From positions 1 to 39,150 of the forward strand of contig CBFCZR010000001.1 in the NCBI GenBank assembly GCA_965602795.1: a stretch of DNA of 39,150 nt. The letters run 5' to 3'. Both the position numbers and the translations under genes were made by a program. Below are positions 34,105-39,150 of the stretch, in pieces. The notes under the pieces are model-generated. The model had not been told where the DNA came from and ran no database searches. It saw only the letters and a list, made by a program, of their open reading frames with translations. The stretch is from Candidatus Bathyarchaeota archaeon. Its GTDB lineage: Archaea > Thermoproteota > Bathyarchaeia > Bathyarchaeales > Bathyarchaeaceae. The stretch's first letter is position 1. Each line of letters opens with the position of its first letter.

Positions 34105-34215
34105 TGGCGCCGGGGAAGGGATTTGAACCCTTGTGGCGCATGGCACCACCGGTTGTCTTCTGACTTGTGTTTGAGTCATTTCGAGACCGGCACATTACCG
34201 CTCTGTCACCCCGGC
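34105..34215 (-). tRNA. tRNA-Ser (anticodon CGA) with a roughly 25-nt intron in the anticodon loop, a long variable arm and encoded CCA
   Basis: The minus strand reads GCCGGGG-UG-ACA-GAGCGGUAA-UGU-G-CCGGU-CUCGAA[intron]A-ACCGG-U-GGUGC-CAU-GCGCC-ACA-AGGG-UUCAAAU-CCCU-U-CCCCGGC-G-CCA. The acceptor stem is 7 bp, the T-loop is UUCAAAU, and the variable arm has a 5-bp stem (class II). The intron holds an internal UGACU/AGUCA hairpin. Confidence 0.85.
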
Positions 34216-34242
34216 AACCAAAGTTTTAGAGTTTGTTGCCGC

Positions 34243-34250
34243 TTAAAAGC
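34243..34250 (-). promoter_or_regulatory. TATA-box candidate for the tRNA-Ser gene
   Basis: The minus strand reads GCTTTTAAGC. The TTTTAA element ends 28 nt upstream of the mature tRNA 5' end, which fits an archaeal TATA box plus a short leader. Confidence 0.4.
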
Positions 34251-34280
34251 GCTTTCGCCCAAACAACATAGAGAGAGCGG

Positions 34281-35843
34281 TTAACAGAAGTGTGTGTGAA
34301 GTTTTTCTTTTCTTTGCTCAAGGCAGATGTGTTTTAGCCAGTTTTTGTCGTCGGTAGTTGGATAATCTTCTCTGTAGTGGGTTCCTCTGCTTTCTTTTCT
34401 GGTATAGGCGGCTGTTGTTACGAGGCTAGACACATTTAGCATGTTTTTTAATTCAAGAAACCGCGTGTTCACACCGTTCCCGCCAAGAACAGCCAGTCTT
34501 CGGTTTAACTGTTCCAATTTCCTAAGCATGAGGCTCATATTTTCCTCGTTTCGGACTATTCCAACATAATGCCACATAGCCGTTCTCAATTCTGCTTGAA
34601 TATCGTTCAACTCTTGATGTTCTATATTAAAGAAGGCAATTTCCTTTTGTTGCTGCGGTGCTCCAATTTTGTTCCTCAGATAATTTTTTGCTTTTTTTGC
34701 CCCCAAAGAAGAGAAAACAACAGATTCCAGCAACGAATTGCTTGCTAGTCTGTTAGCCCCGTGCACCTCAGTGCAGGCGCATTCGCCAAAAGCTAAGAGA
34801 TTAGCCAAAGTAGTCTCCCCATACTCATTTGTTTTAATCCCCCCGCAGATATAATGAGCAGCCGGAGACACCGGAATCAGGTCCTCTGTAATGTCTACGC
34901 CATACTTCAGGCATTCTTGATGAATCATTGGAAAACGATCTAAAATGAAATGTTCTCCTTTATGGCGAATATCCAAGTAGACGGGACTTTTCTTCAGTTC
35001 ATTGAATATTGTTCTGGATATGATGTCCCGGGGAGCAAGCCCGCCCATGCTGTCATACTCCAACATGAATCGTTCCCCCTTTTCATTCACCAAGATTGCT
35101 CCTTCGCCACGAAGAGCCTCCGATATCAAAAAGTGTGGAGCATTAGGCTTGTTTAGGGTTGTAGGATGAAATTGCACAAATTCCATATCTTCGATTTTAG
35201 CTCCTGCTCTGAGGGCCATGGCGATTCCGTCGCCTGTGGCAATTTCAGGGTTTGTGGTGTTCTGATAAATGTAGCCGATGCCTCCGGTAGCTAATACGGT
35301 GACCCGCGCAAAGATATCAATTATCGCTTGCTTTTTTATGTCCAGTATCTTCGCGCCAATGCATTCTGTGTTGTTTAGGAGGAGGTCTATAGCGAAGCAG
35401 TTCTCGAAAACCGTGGTGTTCTTGCTTTCGCGGACACTTTTGGTCATTGCCTGCTCTATTTCTTTTCCGGTTGTATCTCCGGAATGCAGTACTCGGGCTA
35501 TGCTATGTCCGCCTTCTGTAGTCAAGTGAAGTTTATTGTTCTCTTTGTCGAAGTTTACTCCAAAAGAAAGCAGATTCTGAATTGCTTCTGGACCTTTTTT
35601 AGCAAGGATTTCTACTACCCGTTTGTTGGATAATCCGCATCCAACTTTCACTGTATCTCCGAGATGTAACTGAACTGAATCATCTTTTCTGGTTACTGCG
35701 GCTATTCCGCCTTGGGCTAGGTTCGTGTTTGACTCGATTATTTCCTTTTTTGTTACAACAGTTACGTTCCCATATTTGGCGGCGTTAAGGGCGAAATTCA
35801 AGCCAGCTATGCCGCTTCCAACCACCAAATAATCCGTTTTCAA
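34281..35843 (-). CDS. nadB: L-aspartate oxidase
   Basis: The FAD motif is DYLVVGSGIAGLNFA. Also present are AQGGIAA, HPTT, RGEGA, and a C-terminal ESRGTHYREDYP. Confidence 0.92.
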   Translation of the reverse strand: MKTDYLVVGSGIAGLNFALNAAKYGNVTVVTKKEIIESNTNLAQGGIAAVTRKDDSVQLHLGDTVKVGCGLSNKRVVEILAKKGPEAIQNLLSFGVNFDKENNKLHLTTEGGHSIARVLHSGDTTGKEIEQAMTKSVRESKNTTVFENCFAIDLLLNNTECIGAKILDIKKQAIIDIFARVTVLATGGIGYIYQNTTNPEIATGDGIAMALRAGAKIEDMEFVQFHPTTLNKPNAPHFLISEALRGEGAILVNEKGERFMLEYDSMGGLAPRDIISRTIFNELKKSPVYLDIRHKGEHFILDRFPMIHQECLKYGVDITEDLIPVSPAAHYICGGIKTNEYGETTLANLLAFGECACTEVHGANRLASNSLLESVVFSSLGAKKAKNYLRNKIGAPQQQKEIAFFNIEHQELNDIQAELRTAMWHYVGIVRNEENMSLMLRKLEQLNRRLAVLGGNGVNTRFLELKNMLNVSSLVTTAAYTRKESRGTHYREDYPTTDDKNWLKHICLEQRKEKLHTHFC

Positions 35844-36796
35844 AGCTTCATCTCCAAGCTCATATCTAAGACCCTCGCAGAATGCGTTAGATACCCCAAA
35901 GACACAACATCAATTCCAGTTCTAGCATATTCACTTATATTTTCAGGTGTTATTTCACCAGAAGCCTCCAAAAGCACATGATCATAAAGGGCCTCTCCAC
36001 GAAGAGTCTCAAGGGTTTCCTCTATTGCTTTAGGCAGGAAATTGTCAAGCATAATAATGCAGGGTTTCTTTAGCCGTAAAGTTTTAAATTTTCTCGCTGC
36101 TCTAACAGCCTCTTCGTGGGATGTTGTCTCAATTTCTATGAAACCAACGTTATCTGCAAACGCTGAAGCCTTGGCTATTGCAGTCTCAATGTAATCTTGT
36201 ATTCCCTCGCTCTTCAGGGTTTCAAGGTGATTGTCTTTGATTAGGATGGAATCCCAGAGTCCAAACCGATGAGTTAAACCGCCGCCCAAAAAAACTGCTT
36301 TCTTGTCAAGATATCTTAAAGGAGTTTTTCTTGTTGCAGCTATTCTGGTATTGAAGTCTTTCAGCAAATCAGCTAAACGTTTGGTTTCTGTGGCTATTCC
36401 AGACATTCGCTGCAAGATATTCAAGCCAATCCGTTCTGTTGCCAGAATATCTTTTTGTCCACCTTGGATTTCCAGAATTGTTTCTCCTTGAAGAGCCTCT
36501 TCGCCGTCTTTAATACAAGCCTTTACGTCGAGGTGATGCTTCCGGAAAAACCAGCTTACCTCCTCTATTCCACCGATGACTCCTGATTGCTTGGCTTTCA
36601 AGAGTGCTTTTCGGGGTTTGTTTTTGGCTAGAACCGCTTCGCTGGTTATGTCACCGGCTCCAACATCGTCAGCATATTCTTTGTCAAAAAAAGCGTTTAT
36701 CCAACTTGGATAATTTTTATTGTTTAGGTTTAATTCTGTTCCTTTCTGGTAAGCGAGTTCAACAAGTTTTTGTCTATCCAAGGCGTCAAGCCACAT
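35840..36796 (-). CDS. nadC: Nicotinate-nucleotide pyrophosphorylase (quinolinate phosphoribosyltransferase)
   Basis: EYADDVGAGDITSEAV, LNILQRMSGIATET, TRKT, GGGLTHRFGL and IKDNH are present. It overlaps nadB by 4 nt and nadA by 11 nt. The N-terminal region is somewhat longer than I expect for NadC. Confidence 0.9.
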   Translation of the reverse strand: MWLDALDRQKLVELAYQKGTELNLNNKNYPSWINAFFDKEYADDVGAGDITSEAVLAKNKPRKALLKAKQSGVIGGIEEVSWFFRKHHLDVKACIKDGEEALQGETILEIQGGQKDILATERIGLNILQRMSGIATETKRLADLLKDFNTRIAATRKTPLRYLDKKAVFLGGGLTHRFGLWDSILIKDNHLETLKSEGIQDYIETAIAKASAFADNVGFIEIETTSHEEAVRAARKFKTLRLKKPCIIMLDNFLPKAIEETLETLRGEALYDHVLLEASGEITPENISEYARTGIDVVSLGYLTHSARVLDMSLEMKL

Positions 36797-37694
36797 TTAA
36801 CATTCTGTCCAGAGCCTTTTCCGCTCTGACCCGTATATCTTCTGGAACCGTGACCTTAAACTGCTCCTTTTCTAGAGCATCCAAAACAAGCCCCAGATTG
36901 ATTTCTTTCATTTGAAGACACACTCTTCTGGGGGGGGCTTGCAAAAACACCTTTTCTGGAAACATTAGCCTCAACCGTTCTACAACGCCAATCTCCGTGG
37001 CTATGATGAAAGTTTTATCCTTGCTATTTTTTACGTAGTTGACCATACCAGTTGTGCTAAAAACTTCGTCAGCCAAATCCACAACCTCAGGGAGGCATTC
37101 GGGATGAACCAGAACCTTTGCATTTACATGCGTGGCTTTGGTGCGTATGATACCTTCAGGAGAAAATTTTTTGTGAACATAACACCAGCCGTTCCAAGGA
37201 ATAATTTTCTTGTCAGTATGCCTCATAACATAATTTGCTAAGTTAGAATCGGGCACAAAGATTACTTCATCCTCCTCCAAAGAATCAACCACCTTTACGG
37301 CGTTTGAGCTGGTGCAACAAATATCCGATTCCGCCTTCACATCAGCGGTTGTATTAACATAGCTCACAACGGCGGCGTTAGGATGTTTCGCCTTCAACTT
37401 TCGTAAACCAGGAACATCAACCATAGCAGCCATCGGACACTTCGCAAGCTTGGTGGGAATCAAAACTGTTTTTTCAGGATTCAGAATATAAGCGGATTCA
37501 GCCATAAAGTCAACGCCACAAAAAACTATGATGTCCGCAACGGTTTCTGTTGCCTTTTTGCTTAACCCATAGGAATCGCCAATAAAATCCGCTACCTTAT
37601 AGATTTCTGGTCTCTGGTAGATATGGGCCAGAATCACAGCGTTCTTCTCTTTTTTCAGTTTCCTTATCTGTTCAATTAGATTCTTTTCGTCCAT
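36786..37694 (-). CDS. nadA: Quinolinate synthase
   Basis: AVILAHIYQRPEI, VADFIGDS, FCGVDFMAE, CPMA, SYVNT, HPEC and ATEIG are NadA type motifs. Confidence 0.92.
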   Translation of the reverse strand: MDEKNLIEQIRKLKKEKNAVILAHIYQRPEIYKVADFIGDSYGLSKKATETVADIIVFCGVDFMAESAYILNPEKTVLIPTKLAKCPMAAMVDVPGLRKLKAKHPNAAVVSYVNTTADVKAESDICCTSSNAVKVVDSLEEDEVIFVPDSNLANYVMRHTDKKIIPWNGWCYVHKKFSPEGIIRTKATHVNAKVLVHPECLPEVVDLADEVFSTTGMVNYVKNSKDKTFIIATEIGVVERLRLMFPEKVFLQAPPRRVCLQMKEINLGLVLDALEKEQFKVTVPEDIRVRAEKALDRMLNVA

Positions 37695-37747
37695 TCTGCC
37701 ACACTACTTATCCCAAAAGTCTAGAGGCATCTCACAATTTAAACATA

Positions 37748-38728
37748 TTATGGAAGCTTTGGCATGACAAGATCAGCGATATCCACGCTATTATCGTAAA
37801 TTCGGTGTATCGAAGAAGCAACAGCAAGAATATGGCGCCCCACCTCAGCGGGAAGATCGAGAATAGCTGTTTCAATCTGGTGAAAGAGGGATTCAACCTT
37901 TTCTCTTTCAGACCGTACCGACTCTGCAACAGAAACGTCATGATAAAACACAGCTTTTATGGCAGTCTCATGAGACTCGTAGACAACCTTATGGAGCTGA
38001 AGAACAAGCTCTGAAAGATTATCCTCAATGTTGGCGCCAGCTAACTTGATTACAGTCTCACCGATAGAGGCAGAGTGGTCGCCTATGGATTCAACCAAAC
38101 TCGCTGCCAAACGATAATCCAAACAATCAATCGGCAAAATACCGAGCTTTTCGCTCAGCCCCGGATTTTGAATAACAGTCCGAAGAACCCGCACTAACAG
38201 AAAATACAAGCGGTTAACTTCGTTGTCCCGCGCAACAACATTTTTAGCTAATTCCAAATCGCCCTCAAGAAGAGCAGTCACGGCGTCACGATGCACCCCC
38301 GAAACTATCGAATATTCTCTCCGAAGAATTTTTTGAGGCGGAAAAGTAGAAGGCTCTAAGAGACACTGCATAACAATGTTTGAGTGGTTCTCCTCAACAA
38401 TCTCTAGACCAACCAAACGAGTGGACGCCTGTTTTACTCGCTCACGGTCCACGGGGCTAATTCTATCTTTAGCTTTAACCTGAATGATGTCGTAGCCTAA
38501 CAAATATTTCTCAATGATCACACGATCAAGTAAGGGAGAGGGCGTAACCATCGCCACCTGAGGGGTTCGCTCTACATTATATTTCGGGTTAACAACAATG
38601 GAACCATCAGCGGTCTCGGTGATGGAAACAACAGTTCCACGATCAAGTCCGTTTCGTTCAGCCCAATTTTTAGGGAGGCACACGAAAAAGGTTCCGCCAC
38701 TTGTTCTTTGAATCTTTCGGAGGTCCAT
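37748..38728 (-). CDS. phoU: PhoU-family regulator with an N-terminal AbrB/SpoVT DNA-binding domain
   Basis: The AbrB-like swapped hairpin is MDLRKIQRTSGGTFFVCLPKNWAERNGLDRGTVV, followed by two PhoU-like helical repeats (DNEVNRLY..., AVASSIHRIYDNSVDIADL). I place the start at ATG 38728 rather than 38842. Confidence 0.8.
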   Translation of the reverse strand: MDLRKIQRTSGGTFFVCLPKNWAERNGLDRGTVVSITETADGSIVVNPKYNVERTPQVAMVTPSPLLDRVIIEKYLLGYDIIQVKAKDRISPVDRERVKQASTRLVGLEIVEENHSNIVMQCLLEPSTFPPQKILRREYSIVSGVHRDAVTALLEGDLELAKNVVARDNEVNRLYFLLVRVLRTVIQNPGLSEKLGILPIDCLDYRLAASLVESIGDHSASIGETVIKLAGANIEDNLSELVLQLHKVVYESHETAIKAVFYHDVSVAESVRSEREKVESLFHQIETAILDLPAEVGRHILAVASSIHRIYDNSVDIADLVMPKLP

Positions 38729-38956
38729 CTCTGAATCCTCAAGCAAATATTGAATTAGTTTAAAGCGGAACGTGTTATTAAGAGTTAACCAAGAAGTATC
38801 TGAATCATAGAAAACTGTCTTAACAAGTATAGACGCTTTCAATTGAAGTAAAACTTCAGAAAAAGAGCTTTTGCCAAATATAAAAGAGCAGAATTAATAG
38901 GGATGCAAAGCACATATTACGGTTTCAACAGAGGGAATCAAACGAGGAAAAAGAAT

Positions 38957-39150
38957 ATGAGTGAAGGCGAAAGGCTACAAAAAGCCGTTTCCTTCACAAT
39001 ATCATCTGGATACCAACTAGACAAAGAAGCTTTCGAATTCTTAAATAAAGTAGCTAAAACAGAGGATCCGCTCTCTTTAATGGAAGGAGCTGTCAGGAAA
39101 ATCAGGGATTTGCCTCAAAAACCTCTGTTCATAGACCGGGTCTTTCTGGA
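38957..39150 (+). CDS. Probable DNA polymerase D small subunit (DP1), N-terminal fragment running off the window
   Basis: MSEGERLQKAVSFTISSGYQLDKEAFEFLNKVAKTEDPLSLMEGAVRKIRDL resembles the short helical N-terminal domain of archaeal PolD small subunits (x-GY-x-L/V-x-x-EA-x-x-x-L). Only 64 codons are visible, so the call is tentative. Confidence 0.4.
   Translation, partial: MSEGERLQKAVSFTISSGYQLDKEAFEFLNKVAKTEDPLSLMEGAVRKIRDLPQKPLFIDRVFL

Noticed and set aside
34150-34185. Alternative bulge-helix-bulge fold of the tRNA-Ser precursor using a GUCU/AGAC helix
   Set aside because: It would place the 5' cleavage site inside the anticodon and leave no 7-nt anticodon loop after splicing. The canonical 37/38 intron model gives a normal tRNA-Ser(CGA).
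1-39150. Scan for CRISPR arrays, rRNA genes, tandem repeat arrays, toxin-antitoxin pairs and known defence-system signatures
   Set aside because: I saw no regularly spaced direct repeats, no rRNA-like conserved stretches, and no nuclease, ATPase or helicase gene sets outside the housekeeping replication, transcription and translation genes. The only repeats found are the 110-bp pair, the 14-mer pair and trivial short duplications, such as TTTCATTGA occurring twice at 7861-7878.

Overview
This is an archaeal chromosomal segment, densely packed and dominated by information-processing genes. The archaeal assignment rests on the gene content: aIF2-alpha, aIF5A with deoxyhypusine synthase, Nop10, Pus10, Nob1, Csl4, Rpo4/Rpo11, TFS, PriS/PriL, Gins51, PCNA, AglB and a probable PolD small subunit. 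Many genes are led by GGAGG-type Shine-Dalgarno sequences, and several use GTG or TTG starts. I cannot place the lineage more precisely from sequence alone.

Gene blocks recognised:
- L44e-S27e-aIF2alpha-Nop10-PAC2.
- Gins51-PriS, followed by PriL-PCNA-TFS.
- Dph2-methyltransferase-Csl4-RpoL, all with overlapping ends.
- A PEP-synthase-like gene.
- uL16, and KsgA-DUF655-RpoF-L21e-Pus10-SRP54.
- PAC2 with an Hsp20-like gene.
- DHS and aIF5A.
- Nob1, and an intron-containing tRNA-Ser(CGA).
- nadA-nadC-nadB.
- An AbrB-PhoU regulator.

The only clearly accessory part is the left end, 1-4800. It holds two AT-rich Lrp/AsnC regulators and a GC-richer 884-aa secreted beta-propeller surface protein. 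Two odd non-coding stretches flank them, and the whole is bracketed by a 110-bp near-perfect direct repeat that duplicates the 3' end of a small ORF coupled to topA.

I found no CRISPR array, rRNA, transposase, integrase or recognisable defence system, and no convincing novel multi-gene system.

The observations most worth follow-up are:
- the repeat-bracketed 4.5-kb cassette and its structured or palindromic non-coding ends;
- two essential genes (PriL and Nob1) whose conserved N-termini lie upstream of any ATG/GTG/TTG, each behind a well-spaced SD, with PriL also in frame with the PCNA stop codon;
- a Cys4 insertion and an HTH-like tail in the PEP synthase;
- a Nudix protein lacking its catalytic glutamates;
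- a mini-RNase-III-like gene.

All domain calls come from reading motifs by eye; no database search was run.
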